Source of the DNA: Camelus dromedarius | Lineage: Eukaryota | DNA length: 64,000 nt | Reading direction: 5' to 3' | NCBI RefSeq assembly: GCF_036321535.1 | Contig: NC_087472.1 | Coordinates: 93,188,001 to 93,252,000, forward strand | Shown: positions 12,559-25,997 of the stretch, piece by piece | How the letters are laid out: each line of letters starts with the position of its first letter | Numbering within the stretch: position 1 is the first letter of the stretch | The notes under the pieces: generated by a model | Told to the model about the DNA's origin: nothing | The model's database searches: none | The model's input: the letters and a program-made list of their open reading frames with translations, nothing else | Translations under genes and position numbers: made by a program

Positions 12559-14084
12559 TTAGTACTGGATGGATGAGAATGTTGTTTTAAAGACTGGTCT
12601 TCTGGATCAGCCAAATTTAGAGAGTAGATGCCTATTGAGCTCAAAGTTTACTACAGTAAACCTAGTGTAAGGTGGTAGGAATCTAGGACATCAGTTCTTA
12701 ATCCTTTGAGAAACTAATGAAAACTAATGGTCTTTCTTCATAAATTCACATAGGTATATACAAAATTATGCACACTACCTGTGGATTCACAGATTCTGTA
12801 TCACTTCCTCGTAATTCCTTGGACCTTTGAATAAAAAACCCTAGTCTACACACTCTACTCCATGCAGTGGGCATGGAAAGTAAAATAAAAATTTGAGGGA
12901 CATTTTAAGAAAAAAAAATTAGCATTCTGGTTACTAGAGAGGTAATGAGGAGAATAATGCCATTTAAAATATTCAATTGAGAAATGTAGGTGATGTTAAG
13001 ATGACAGTTTTGGATTTTGTGACACATTGGCAATTAGAATTTGAGAACTATAATTCTGGTAGAAATCTGAACTGTGGAGGCAGGTTTAAGTAGTTAGTGG
13101 AAAGGTGTTAAATGGAATCATGATCTTTTTGCTTTTCAAAGGAGTTCATGTACAGAGAAACATACATTTAGAGGATGAGACAAGAAAGCACACTTAAAAG
13201 AGAACTCTGAAAAGTAAGATGGAATTAGGACAATGTATATCACAAAAATGAAAGACTGGGGAACTTAAACTTTGAAGTGTCATGTTATCTGGAGTGAACT
13301 GAATGAGTTGGCCTCATGGATTAGTATATTTGAAGGCACTGTCTCATAAGTGCTAGGAAGCAAAAAAAAAAAAAAGAGGCAGGATGGTTCCAAGAACTTG
13401 GTGGTTTGTGGGTAATCTGGAGAAAGGAGAAAACTGAGACTTTGTGCTGAGGGCCCATTCAAAGCAGTGTTAGGTGAGCTCATCTGACAAATAAAATTCA
13501 ACAAGAGTCAGGCATAGAGAAGGAAAGATGACTGACTCAGAACAGAAATATTGATAGGAGCCTGATTCTAGTCATCTTTCCACTTTTAGCTCCTTTTCTC
13601 CCTTTGGTTGTCCTTAGAAGATATCAAATGTTGAATAAGAGTCAGAAGTCTGGAAGCTCCATGATACTGAATACAGAAAGAGGGGAGCTTCATACTGAGA
13701 AAAACAAGGATGGCCTTTAAGAAAGTAGCTTTAGTGTGTTGTGAAATGGAGAAGTATGTATGTTCCTACAATAACTCTTTATAGTGCTATTTATATATAA
13801 CAAGTAAGGCAAGAGTCTTCTAGAAATGGTGGACTAGATAATTAAAATGGATCTGCCTGCTGAAAATAACTAAATAACTAAACTACAGGGCAAAAATACT
13901 GAAAACAGCTTCTTGAGGAGCCAAAATACCTGACTGAAGTAAAGGACAAAGTCCCAAAGACATGAATATTTGATGTCTTTTATTCCCCTGGGACAGCAAC
14001 AAACAATTAGAAAATAATTCTGATTAGAAAATAAAATTTTTTTAATGTCATGAAAGATGGTATCCAAATAGCTATTAAACATAT

Positions 14085-14815
14085 AGCCTGGAATTCAAAC
14101 TCAGTCATCATTGAAATACAAATTAAAATAATGAGATACTGCTGCACTTTTGAAATAGCTAATATTAAAATTGCTGACAATATAAAATGTTAGCAAAATG
14201 ATGACAAAAATGGAAATTCTCATACCCTAGTCTTTGTCACTTTGACAAACATTGTAGCATTATCACTCAGCAGTTCCGCTCTACAAATACACCTTACAGA
14301 AAAGTATGCACATATTTGCCAGTACAAATGAACACGAATGTTCATATATGTTATTTATTACATCAATTACTGGAAATAACAGAAACATAGTAGAATGGAT
14401 AAAAAACAAAATTTTACATATTTATTCAATGGAATACTATAAGGTAATGAAAAGGAGAATTACAGACACATGCAACAGCACAGATGAAACACAGATATAA
14501 CATTGAATGAAAGAAGGCAGATACAAAAATTTTATGATGTGTAATTACATGGATATAAATTTTGAAGCACAAGAAATTCTAGGGATGCACTTTTATTTGA
14601 TAATGTATAAAGAATCTAATTTTTATGAAAATCAGGAACAACATAGAATGACACATGTGGGCATAGAGGGGGCATCTGGGTAGTGGTAATGTTCTAAATT
14701 TGCACTGGAGAGTGGTTTCATGGGTGCTTGCCTTGTGATATATAATTGAGCTGTACATTTTTTGTGCAGCTTTTTTCATGAGTGTTACATTTCTGATACT
14801 AAAGTTTTTTTAAAA
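14085..14815 (+). mobile_element. Old L1M (L1ME-like) 3' end
   Basis: gaaatacaaattaaaataatgagatac...tattcaatggaatactat...ggtagtggtaatgttctaaatttgcactgg. Confidence 0.8.
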
Positions 14816-17800
14816 GGAAAACTAGATGAAAATGCATTATTACATGGAAGAAAAATGAAGAAAAGTTATCTTTAGGGTCCAGCATCTTTTCATCTCTTAT
14901 ATTTCATGAAAGCTTAATCTGTTTCCAGAACTAGCAAGTAGAACTTGAGAACACGCAGGAATCATAGAGGTTATGGATGTCTCTATTTCATATGTGAGAA
15001 AAATGAATCTAACAAGTTTGAATATAGATACAATGTCACATAACTAGCTGGCACTGAGAATCAGTTCTCCTGTCTATGAGCATGGATTTTTTTTTTTTTT
15101 TTACTACAACCTGGTATTTCTTGCTAAATTCCCCTTTGAACTGTGAATTGAAACTTGGGTGTTATAAAAATTTTAAAGATATAAGTAAACACCTCCATCT
15201 TTGGAAAAATATTTATACCTCAAATCTATTTCCTGTTATAAATATGTTGAAATAGACTTTTAAAGATATATTTTTGGAGTAATTTTTCTCTGGAATTTTT
15301 TTCAGTTAGAAGTTAATGTACATCATGAAATATTTTCATCTAGTAAATCTCTTTGGAATTAATGGTTGTGCAAACTGTTCAATGATGCACATTAGTTAAA
15401 TATGGGCTTTTAAGTAAGTGGATGAGTTAATAATTCTGTTCACATGAAAGGACAAGATTTCACACCTCATATTCATGAATGTTGATTATTTCCTGCATTT
15501 ACTTGTGTTTATTTATTATAAAACATAATGGGAAGGTGCATACATGGCATGCATGTATACATGGCATTTATTTTATAATTAATGAAGGATTTCCTACAGT
15601 ACACATTGAAAGGCACATGCGTTAGAGATGGTTTTATCCTTGTTCTCATGTGAAACCAACAGAAGAGAATGAAGCTATTAATATGTCCAATTCGTTCAAC
15701 AAATATTTATCCAGTGTCCAGTAATGCAAGTTTAAAAGTGTTGTATTAGCAATGCTTACAAGTTAATGATGTGAAATTTGCATTCCAGAAAGAAAGGTTA
15801 TTATATTGCCAGTTTGTAATTTAATCCTGGTTCTCTGCATGAATCTTTGTTTCTTATTATCCCAAAGTCATCTTTATTACTTGTGTATTCATCTGTTAAA
15901 TAATAATCAGTGACGAAAGCCAAGGCCTTGAGGTGGGAATATGGGAGAAACATACATCCAGTGGCAGTATTAATACTCTTGGTTTAAAGGACTGTTCTCA
16001 TATGCCAAGTTTTGATTGTTCTGAATACATGGATGTATTACTACCTTTCATCACACCAGAAAATATGGAATTCTTCATTTCTTTGTTTTCCTTGGCTTTC
16101 ACAACAGCACTTGAGATTCATTGTCAATCTGACTAGCATCTTCCATATATTACGGCACCTAGAATTAAGCAGAATGCTTTTCAGACTAGTATGTTTATTT
16201 GGTTTAGAATTCACCTCATTCTAAATGGAGAGCTCCTAATTACATTGTTCAATAGTTTGTCACAATGCTCAGAGGACTACTTGAGCAAATTAAAGGGAAG
16301 ACAAAAACTATTTCATTATTTAATGACACATTTTCTACTAATTCTTCCTTGTTATAAAATAAGGAAAATTTTTTTCTGTTCTGCTGAGATTTGTGATCAA
16401 AATCACATCCACAGATACTGAAAATTTACTCTTGCAAGGAACTGTGGGAAATACAGAGAAGTACAAGATACAGTGTTTGCCTTCAGTAGATTTGTAATTC
16501 AGTTAGACAAGGAGAAAAAATTAAGTACTATAGTAAAATGACACATTTAAATAATAATTCATCCTTATTATAACAAAGTTCTAAAACCATTATATTTCAT
16601 TATTATTATTAAATGTATACTTAACTTTCATATGCATTCTAAAATTATAAATAAATACAAATATGAATAAATAGGAAGTCAGCCAAGTTTCATATTTTAG
16701 TACATCTATTGAACTGTCAATTACTAAAATTTTACTTCATTACTGCTATGAGATATAGAAACTGATATTTTTCTATTTTTGTCTCTTCTTGGGGCCTTTC
16801 TTATAGATTAAAGATTGTTTTCATTTTTAAAAAGGAAAAAGTTATTTCATATGTTATCATATTTATAGATACATGTGTAATGTTTAAAAAGGTGTAGAGT
16901 ATTGGATTTGAAAGAACTACTTGCTTATTTGATACGTAATTTATAATTAGAATCAGGAAAGAAGTGTTTAAGAGGTAGAAATCATTTATTTTATTGATGG
17001 TATATTCAAATTTGTGATAATACACTGGATTTTATGTTCATATGAACTGGACGTAATTAAGCTATATTAATTATTTTAAAATATAATATTTCTACTAGGA
17101 TATTTATAAACCCATATTAAACTTATTTACATTTGTGTGTATTTATGAACAAAAACAATGGTTCATCTTTCAAGTTCCAGAAAGCAAGAAAATTTAAGAA
17201 AGCAATTGCTGAAAACATTATTAATTTCTAGAGCTCATACATGAATACTTTAAAATTAGACATTCTGAAACAAAAAACATTGCAAATTTTAGGCCCTTGG
17301 TTACAATTGACATTTCTTTCTAGGTAGAATATTTATTCCATAATTTCCATGCTGTAGATATGAAAAAGAATTTTAATAAGTGTGCATTAAAATGTGCAAG
17401 TAGGTCTCAAGAAAACCAAGTAATCAGTTTTCTAATTTGGCTTGAAATGAATTAGAATGTTTCAGTTATTCTTAGAGCAGTATGTCAGAAATATTTTTTT
17501 CAAATCAGCAAATGTCTAAAGTAAATTTCTTTGATTTTTAAACAAGAACAACATCAGAATAAAGCCAAAAAACCACAAAAAATGTATTTTTCTATTGAAC
17601 ATGCGAATATAAATGGAGAATATCTTTCATAAAGGGGACACAGCATCTGTTTACCATCTCACAGACAGTTGAACAGGAAAGCTCAGCAAAGCTACCTCCC
17701 TTCATTCACCAAATAGTATTGATGGCCTGCCATGTATACAGCACCTGGTTTTGTGGCAGTAGAGGACACTTAGAAATATAATACCCAGTCCTTTTCCATA

Positions 17801-18209
17801 AGAAGGGTCAATCTAGACTGGGTGTAAGTCATGACAGTGGATGATAAATTGCTATACAAGAACGAATAATAAAACTAGACAGCGATATAAAGAATGACTG
17901 CAAACACGATGTGATAAGTGATACAGGAAGTATGCACTCTAGAAATGCTAAGAAGGATTATTCTTGTCTGGTTATGCATTATGATCTTTTACCAGCCAAT
18001 TCTGAACGTTGGGCCATTGATTTATTATATGAAGTTATCTGAGATCATGTATGTTATTTATTTCTTTGTAGACATGGAATAGTTTGATTAAAAATAAAAA
18101 TACCTGATTTGATGTAGTAACTAAGAAGATTTAACCTCTGTGTTTCATCCAATTATTGTGTATTCATTAAATGTGTAAAGGCTACCCTTCTTATTCATAT
18201 AGGTAAAAG

Positions 18210-18271
18210 TAGAGGGAAAATGACATAAGTAAAATAGAGGGAAAATGACATAAGTAAAATAGAGGGAAAAT
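18210..18271. repeat. 25-bp tandem repeat, about 2.5 copies
   Basis: Unit tagagggaaaatgacataagtaaaa at 18210 and 18235, partial at 18260. Confidence 0.95.
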
Positions 18272-18889
18272 TTGTTTCTTCTTATCTAGACCACCTTGTT
18301 TGGATTATTTGATTATCTGGAATTCTGGAAATGCCATTTTATGTCATTGATCTCAGTTTCTCTTGCCTTTAATTTTGCAATTAGCTTTTAAAATGTATTT
18401 AAATGGGAGTTGAGATAAATTCAGTGAGGTGGAGCAATCCACATGGTGCTAAATTTCTTGATAAAAGAATGTGATTCTCATTTTTGGAGATGTGTCTGAT
18501 GATAAAAGGGACGATTCTAAATTGTATATTAATCCTCACTTTCTTTCACATTCAAACTCTAGTTTTTCTTTTTTAAAAATTCAGCTACTGTGTTGCTGAT
18601 AACAAGATCATCCCATAAAAATGATCAGAAATAGCTAATTAGAAACAAATAATAAAAGAACAATTTGCCATTAATAACCTAGGAATTAGTTTAAACAGGA
18701 ACAAATAAGATCTTTATAAAGAATCTTTAAAACTAATAAAGAACATAAAATGTTCCATGCTCTTGATTGGGGTCACGTAATATTATGAAGCTATCCATTC
18801 TCTTCAAATTAATTCATGAATTCCATGATATTCCAATCAAAATTACTGAATGATGTTTGATGAACATGATAAGCTCACTTTCTACTCTT

Positions 18890-18990
18890 AAAAAAGTGTA
18901 TGTCATGTATAACTGAAAAATTGTGCTCTACCCTGGAATTTGACACAACATTGTAAAATGACTATGACTCAATAAAAAAAATTTTTAAAA
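18890..18990 (+). mobile_element. Young L1 extreme 3' tail
   Basis: tgtataactgaaaaattgtgctctaccctggaatttgacacaacattgtaaaatgactatgactcaataaaaaaa; same family as the inserts at 22021 and 52829. Confidence 0.8.
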
Positions 18991-19009
18991 GGTTTATGGA
19001 TAAAAGCAA

Positions 19010-19431
19010 ATCATGGAATACTACTCAGCCATAAAAAAGAATAAAATAATGCCATCTGCAGCAACATGGATGGACCTGGAGATCATCAATTCTAAGTGAA
19101 GCCAGAAAGAAAAAGAAAAATGCCACATGATATCACTTATATGTAGAATCCAAAAAAAAGTTCATTTGTGTCTTTTTTTTTTTTAATCTACAAAACAGAA
19201 ACAGACTCACAGACATAGAAAACAAACTTATGGTTACGAGAGGGTAAAGGGGTAGTAAGGGATAAATTGGGAATTCAAAATTTGCACTTCTTGGGGAGTG
19301 ATGGAAATGTTAGGTATCTTTATTGTGGTGGTGTATGTGTTTATCAAAGTTCACCAGATTGTACATCTGAAATATGTGTAGTTTATTGTACAGGAACCAC
19401 ACCACAATAAACGTGTTTTAAAAAAAAAAAA
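19010..19431 (+). mobile_element. Composite L1 insert: younger L1 ORF2-end/3' UTR fused to an older L1M 3' end and poly(A)
   Basis: atggaatactactcagccataaaaaagaat...gggataaattggg, then ttcttggggagtgatggaaatgtt...aataaa and an A-run; aaaagcaa on both sides. Confidence 0.7.
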
Positions 19432-19857
19432 GCAAGTCTAGGAATGACTAAGTTAATCTTTTAAAATAAGAGTAAAAATGGAGGACTAATTTACCAGATA
19501 TTAAGATGGAAAGTCACAGAAACAGAATGTGCTGTCAAAGCAAGAAAAGCTCAGCAAATGAAGCACCAAAGCACGTTCAGAGACAGACACAGATAGGAAC
19601 TTGATGGAGGTGTGACACACACATCATTGGGGAAAATGAATTGTTTACTAGATGGTATTGGGCAAACCAGATCACTATATAGAGTAAAACAAAACTGGAT
19701 TATTTACTCCTACAACATGGAAAGGTGCATTAAAACTAGATTAAAGGCCAAAATTAGAATGGTGAAACATGAACACTAATAGAAGAAAAGGTAGATGGGC
19801 ATGATTCAGAGGCAAGTAAGGACTCCTTAAAAGTTCAGAAATACCAACTGTATTGGT

Positions 19858-19932
19858 TGTGGAGCTTAGTGGCCCCTTTCATGATTCCTACAAAATATCT
19901 GTGGATGTCAAAATGGAATCCCTGAATTTAGG
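19858..19932 (+). repeat. 75-bp dispersed direct repeat (copy of 21126-21200)
   Basis: 74/75 identical. Confidence 0.95.
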
Positions 19933-20263
19933 CAAAAGTTTTACGAATTTGATTATATAAAAATTAAGGATTTCTATTCAGCGAGGAACATTTGACAAAT
20001 TGAGCTTACAGATGACAAAATGGAAAAGTATATTTGTAATATTTAAAATCAAAAAGGATTTTATCTTTTATGTAAAACGATCTCTTGCAAATTAAAAAAG
20101 GAAAAGATAACTCCAATTACAAAAAGTTATGGACCAAAAATTTAAGCAGGCAGTTTACTGAAGAGAAAAAAAGCAATCAGCATGTGATGAAATTATTGTT
20201 AATCAGAAAAATAGAAATGAAAAGGAAACAGGATCACTCTACACCTATTAGACTGGCAATAAT

Positions 20264-20838
20264 TGTGCTTGTTGTCTGTATGTTTGCTCCCAGATCCATT
20301 CTCGTCCCTTCTTTACTCTGTTTCTCAGGGGCCTGACATCAGCATACATTTCCTAGGCATCCTTGCTTCTGATTAGATTTAGCCAGTGGATAGCCCTGAT
20401 GGGACACTGGACAACAGCACTAGGGGAGAAAAGAATATCTCTTCCCTCTTTCTCTACTTAGGGTGGCGGCTCCAGCAAAGCCTGCATATCTCCTCTCATT
20501 TAAGCTTCTGCTGGGCATTTTCTTTGGTTCCAATTCTACCTGGGCCCTTCCCTCCATGGTAGCCCCCTTCGCCAGGTTTCCACTTGGATAGCCTCTCAGA
20601 CATCACCTATTCCAAGTTTCCAAGCTGTCTTGCCAACCCTGTCTTCTGAGATCAACTAAAATATTTTCTTCTTTTTATTCCTCCAGCTCTAGACTTGGCA
20701 GGAGCTTCTTACAGTTTTTATTCTCTGGGTTCCTCACCTGGCTCTTTTGTCAGCCTCTCTAATATCTGCGCGTAGTTCCCTGTATTCAGTTACCTCTATT
20801 GAAATAATGGTTTCCCTGACCAGGCTTTGACTGATACA
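20264..20838 (+). mobile_element. ERVL solo LTR (LTR33-like)
   Basis: cccagatccattctcgtcccttc...gatttagccagtgg...; ends ttccctgaccaggctttgactgataca. Confidence 0.65.
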
Positions 20839-20939
20839 GCCTCTTGGCTGCAAGAGAACTTGTTGTAGAGATTAAATGAGCTAGTAATAATATTTATAAT
20901 ACAAATAATAAGAATGTTGTTATTATTAAAGAGATGTAA

Positions 20940-21092
20940 TGTGCTTACTATGTGACATCTTATGCTGAGCACTTGACATGCATTTTATTACTTATTTTCT
21001 ATTACAACCCTTTAAGAGCCCTATTACATCACCATTTTACTAATGAGGAAATTAAAGTCCAAAGGATGACTTGCCCGATATCATGTAGCTAT
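20940..21092 (-). mobile_element. MIR SINE
   Basis: gtgcttactatgtg...caccattttactaatgaggaaattaaag...tgacttgcccgatatca. Confidence 0.75.
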
Positions 21093-21125
21093 CCAATGAT
21101 TCCTCTTAATGCACCAAATAAAGTA

Positions 21126-21200
21126 TGTGGAGCTTAGTGGCCCCTATCATGATTCCTACAAAATATCTGTGGATGTCAAAATGGAATCCCTGAATTTAGG
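21126..21200 (+). repeat. 75-bp dispersed direct repeat (putative donor copy)
   Basis: tgtggagcttagtggcccctatcatgattcctacaaaatatctgtggatgtcaaaatggaatccctgaatttagg. Confidence 0.95.
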
Positions 21201-21319
21201 TTCTTAAGGCAAACACTGAATGGTGACACACCGTGATTAGCACTTTTAAGGGATGCTACATTTGCTGTTCCATTTTTTTCTACCCTGAAGGAACTATGAC
21301 TACTTTTAGAATAAAGCAT

Positions 21320-22528
21320 ATAAAAAATTTACTCAAAATAGATCATAGACCTAAATGTAAGAGCTAGAACTATCAAACACTTAGAAGCAATCTAGGAGTC
21401 AATCTTAATGAGCTTGGTTTAGGTAATGGTTTCTCAGATGTGATATCAAAAGGACAGATGACCAAAAAATAGATAAATTGGACTACATTAAAATTAAAAA
21501 CTCTTTTGCTTCAAAAGACACCATCAAGGAAGTGGAAAAAAATCCACTGAATGGGAGAAAATATTTGTAAATCAAGTATCTGATAAGGATCTGGTATCCG
21601 GAATATATTAAACAACTCTTATAACAGATAATCCAGTTGAAAAATGAGGAAAGGATTTCAATGGATATTTCTCCAAAGAAGATGTACACATGGCCAATAA
21701 AGATGCTCAACATCCTTAGTCATTAGGGAAATGAAAGTCAAAACCACAGTGAGATACCCCTTCACTCCTATATCAGCACTATAATTTAAAAAAAAGAGAG
21801 GAAGTAACAAGATTTGGCATGGATATATAGAAATTGGCACCCTTGTACATTGCTAGTGAGAATGTAAAATGATGCTACTACTTTGGAAAATTTTTTGGCA
21901 GTTTCTCAAATAGTTAAGCATAGAGTTACCATATGACTCAGCAATATACCCTAGGTACGTACTCAAAGAGAAATGAAGACTTAGGTCGACACACAAACTT
22001 GTACATTAATGTTCATGGCACACTGGAATTTGACACAGCATTGTAAAATGACTATAACTCAATAAAAAATCTTTTAAAAAATTTAAAAAATGTTCATTGC
22101 AGCATTATCTATAAGAGCCCAAACTGGAGACAACCCAAAAGTCCATCAATTAATTAATGGATAAAAAAAAGTGTGATATATCCATACAGTAGAATATTAT
22201 TTATCTATAAAAAAAGAATGAAGTGCCAATACATGGTGCAACATGGATGAATATTGAAAACACTATGCTAAGTAAAAGAACTCAGCCTCAAAAGACCACA
22301 TATTGTATAACTGCATTTATATTAAGTGTCCAGAATAGGCAAACTTATAGACAGAAAGTAGATAAGTATTGCTTAGGGCTGGGTTGGGGAGGAAGATTTG
22401 AATTGACTGCTTATGGTTATGAGGTTTCTTTTTAGGTTGAATTGCATGCTTTAAATGAAGTGTATGGTATATGATTTACACTGCCTTTTTATATAGCTTT
22501 ATTGGAGTTTAAGTTAAATAAAGCTGTT
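21320..22528 (+). mobile_element. L1MB-like 3' portion (decayed ORF2 C-terminus plus 3' UTR)
   Basis: actcaaaatagatcatagacctaaatgtaagagc...; ORF 22223 (HGATWMNIENTMLSKRTQPQKTTYC) resembles the L1 ORF2 C-terminus. Confidence 0.9.
22021..22088 (+). mobile_element. Ultra-short young L1 tail with 13-bp TSD
   Basis: TSD aatgttcatggca (22008-22020) and aatgttcattgca (22089-22101). Confidence 0.85.
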
Positions 22529-23786
22529 TCAGGATGTCAACCCACTGACTCCAATTTGTTCAGTAATGTCAGATTCAGAGGTTTTGACTTTGTAGGTGCC
22601 AGGAAAGTGACACACTGTGAGATTTATTTGGAGATGTAAGAGAATAAATTTAAAAGGTAGAAATGGGATAGGGCTTTTTTGTTTAAATAACTAATGAAAA
22701 TAGAAATGAGGTAGATGCAACATGAAATGGTAACAAAGAAATGAGAATTATTCTTTGCTCTAAAATTATTACAGCAATGGTGATAGTAGCACTGAGAAAG
22801 CAAATGTTGGAGGGAGGATTTTTAAATTTGTTTACTTGTTGGTTGGTTGGTTGGTTGGTTATTATGCTGTGTCCTAATTAAGTTTTCAAGAGTCCATGAC
22901 AACACAATGAGGAGAATGCCTCTTGTAGACTTGAATAGCTTGGGTGGATTCAGATGACATTGTGGGAAGATATTTCTGGCAGATGAAATTGGGTTACGTA
23001 CGGCTGCCTCAACCTATTGATTCATCCAGAATTAATTTAGCTCATTTGGCTAGCCCCTTCCTGTATTTACCACTCCTCTTGTTTTCTTTCTCAAGTTTCA
23101 CGCTTCATTTAAGAAGATGACTTCCTTAAGTGGTTTTGATAAGCATATAGCTGAAATCTAACTAACTTCCAGGCAGAAGTTCCAAAAAGTTCTGAAGGTC
23201 ATTTTAAAGGAGAATTTAAGCTGTCTTAAATCATTAATAACAAAGACTTCTTTCTTTTCCCCAGAATGGGATTATTAGTTAAATCTCAATGAGAGTCTAA
23301 CATTTTAAGCTTGGGGTACCAAGCATTTTACACACAATCTAAAAATTAGAGGAAGGGACTGTGGCTCACAGGGCTCTGATATTGGCAATAAACTGTAACA
23401 GTTTCAAAGCATCATTAGAAACTCAAGTTCTCCAGTAAAGGTGTGAACGTAAATCAAATTTTATCAATGCTTAATGAATATACTATATGTGTTTTAACTA
23501 TTTCTTCTTTGAACTAGCACAAGCCATAACAGTGAAGAGTGGTAGAATGAGTATACCTAAATCCTGTTTGATGATTATGAAAAAAATTAAGTGGAAAATC
23601 ATGTCCTTGAAGTTTTAAACAAGAAAGCTTTCATAAAGTTTTAAGAAATGATGCTGCACACTGTGATAAGTCCATAATTTGGCAAAAATGAAACATTTCA
23701 TTTCAGAGATGGAATGACTACACTGTACTTCTAACCTTGAGGACGTGAATATGGATTAGGCTCATCAATCAGGAGAGATTTTAAGT

Positions 23787-24519
23787 TAGTGTTTCTCAAC
23801 TTATTCGAACCTAACAATCTCTTTTAATAATAAATATTTTAATGCTTCATTTAATATCCTGAAATAAAATTTATAGATAATAGAACCTACTGACAAACAT
23901 AAATTTTTAAAAGCATTATAATACTCTAACTTTAATATAAAGAAGACATAAATGCCAAGCACTTTATATATATTGTTTTTTTAAAAAAGGTATTTCAGTA
24001 TGTAAATACTTAGGCATGACCATCCTAGAAGACCTAATGAAACAGACACCACAGAATTACTGGGCTTGTGACAGATGTAAATACTGACAGATACAGCTGT
24101 GTGGTGTGTGCTACTCAAATACCATGAGCAGCACTGACTTCACTGGCATAATTTTCTGGAATAGTGAGCAACTCCTGGTAACATTTGAAGAGAGCAAAGC
24201 ACAACTATCTGCAGTCTACATGGAAGTTGCATTTCTAGAAAATTCAGTTTATTTTAAAACTTTACGAACATGCTTTGTGGTTCTATGTGAAATAGAATGA
24301 AGCTATCTGTCCTCAGAGAGGAGGCTTTTCATGTTCATGAACATTCACTGGGGATGTTTGAAAGTCATGGGGTAGGCAGGATAGGTCTTCACACTTGGGA
24401 CAATCTGGAACATTTCGGGACCTATGCCTATTTTATTCTAGGAGTTCTCCATCCCCTACTCTGGTAACCTCAAATGTTACCCTGGAGTGAATGATACCAG
24501 CTCCCTTAGAAAACCAGTG
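23787..24519. mobile_element. hAT-type DNA transposon remnant (family uncertain)
   Basis: Ends tagtgtttctcaac and tagaaaaccagtg resemble Charlie/MER5-type termini; AT-rich interior. Confidence 0.5.
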
Positions 24520-25500
24520 ATCCAAACAACTATGTCAGCAAGAGATCTTCTTGAGACTGCTTAAGTTTATTGTTTATATATATTTTTGAAATAGCTTAGA
24601 CTTATGTAAATGAGTAATTTTTAGCTTTGGAGGTCCTTTGAATTGACTGAAGAGAGACAGGTGAAGATGATCATAGAACACCCCTGTTTTAAGTAAATTG
24701 TCATTCATTAATGGATATTTTCATTACTTTAATTCTGCCCCTGAAATTCATAGTCAACAACACGTAGAAGCATGCAGTACCACTCTGAAAGATGCTATTC
24801 TCAGTGGGATATACTAAAATCAATTTATTTCTGAGAAGGTAAATCATTTTTAAAAGGGTGTCAGCCTGAGGCCATAAACCAGAGTCCTCAGTGATGGGTT
24901 TGTTTGGAAAACAAAGTGGTTTTTTTTTTTTCTTTTTTCAGTTATTTGCCATCATTTAAACATTGTTATATTTTAAACAAAAGAAAAGTCTGATACATTT
25001 TTAAAACTTTTAAGCTGTGGCCTACTGGACTCACAGCCACTGCCATTAATTGATGGCGTACACATTCTAGGGTACACATTCTTCAGTTCACCAGTTTTTG
25101 TCATTTCCTATTCACCTTCCAACATGGCTGACTTCAAGTATTTATTCATCTGCCTTCAAATCAGAGTACAAGTAGCCCTGGGGGTAAATGGAATCCCCAG
25201 TTAAGTTAAGGGGAATTTAGAGGCTTTTGTCACAGAATATGGCTTTTTTTCCTTCTGTTTAACATAAGTAATACAGTTCTTTATAGGATACTTTGAAAAT
25301 AGAGACTAATGCAGAGACAAAAGTATGAAAGTCACCCTTAGATAATGATTGTTAGCATTTTAGTGTATGCGCATCCAATTTAACAAAAGAGCTCTTTGTG
25401 GATTTTTTTGGTATCTCAATTCCAGTGGGATCTTAATTATGGAAACATTTAAAGATACTGAAAAATACAAGTCAAAATCAAACATTCCAGTACCGTCCAC

Positions 25501-25997
25501 TGTATTAACCAGGGTTCTCCAAAGAAACAGAAACAATAGGATGTTGTTGTCTATATATCTATATATAAACATGTAAATATCTATATCCATCACATTATTT
25601 ATTTATTTTTCTAATCTGTCTATCTATCTGACTGTCTGTCCAGAGAGATTTTAAGGAATTGGCTCATGCAACTGTTGAAGTGGCAAGTCCAAAATATGCA
25701 GGTTGGGGCAACAGGCTGGAGACCAAAGGAAGAGCTGATGCAGCTCAAGTCTGAAGGCAGTCTGCTGGCTGAATTCTCTACTCTTGGGAGGAGGTCTTCC
25801 CCGCCTCATTAAGGCCTTCAACTGATTAGATGAGGCCCACCTATATTATGGTGGATAATGTGTTTTATTCAAAGTCTACTGCTATAGATGTTAACTTCAT
25901 ATAAAAAATACCTTCACAGAAACATTTAGAATGACATTTGATCAAATATCTCGGTACCATAGCCTAGCCACTTTGATGCATAAAATTAACTGTCACA
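25501..25997 (-). mobile_element. ERVL solo LTR (MLT2-like)
   Basis: tgtattaaccagggttctccaaagaaacagaa...ggccttcaactgattagatgaggcccac...aaaattaactgtcaca; near-TSD tccac/cccac. Confidence 0.9.

Larger units (their letters stand above)
18640..20262 (+). mobile_element. Old L1M ORF2 remnant hosting several later insertions
   Basis: tgttccatgctcttgattgg...ccattctcttcaaattaattcatgaattc; gaatttgattatataaaaattaagg; aagcaggcagtttactgaagag. Confidence 0.7.

Noticed and set aside
18210..18271. 25-bp direct repeats as CRISPR-like
   Set aside because: No spacers; an ordinary minisatellite in mammalian DNA.
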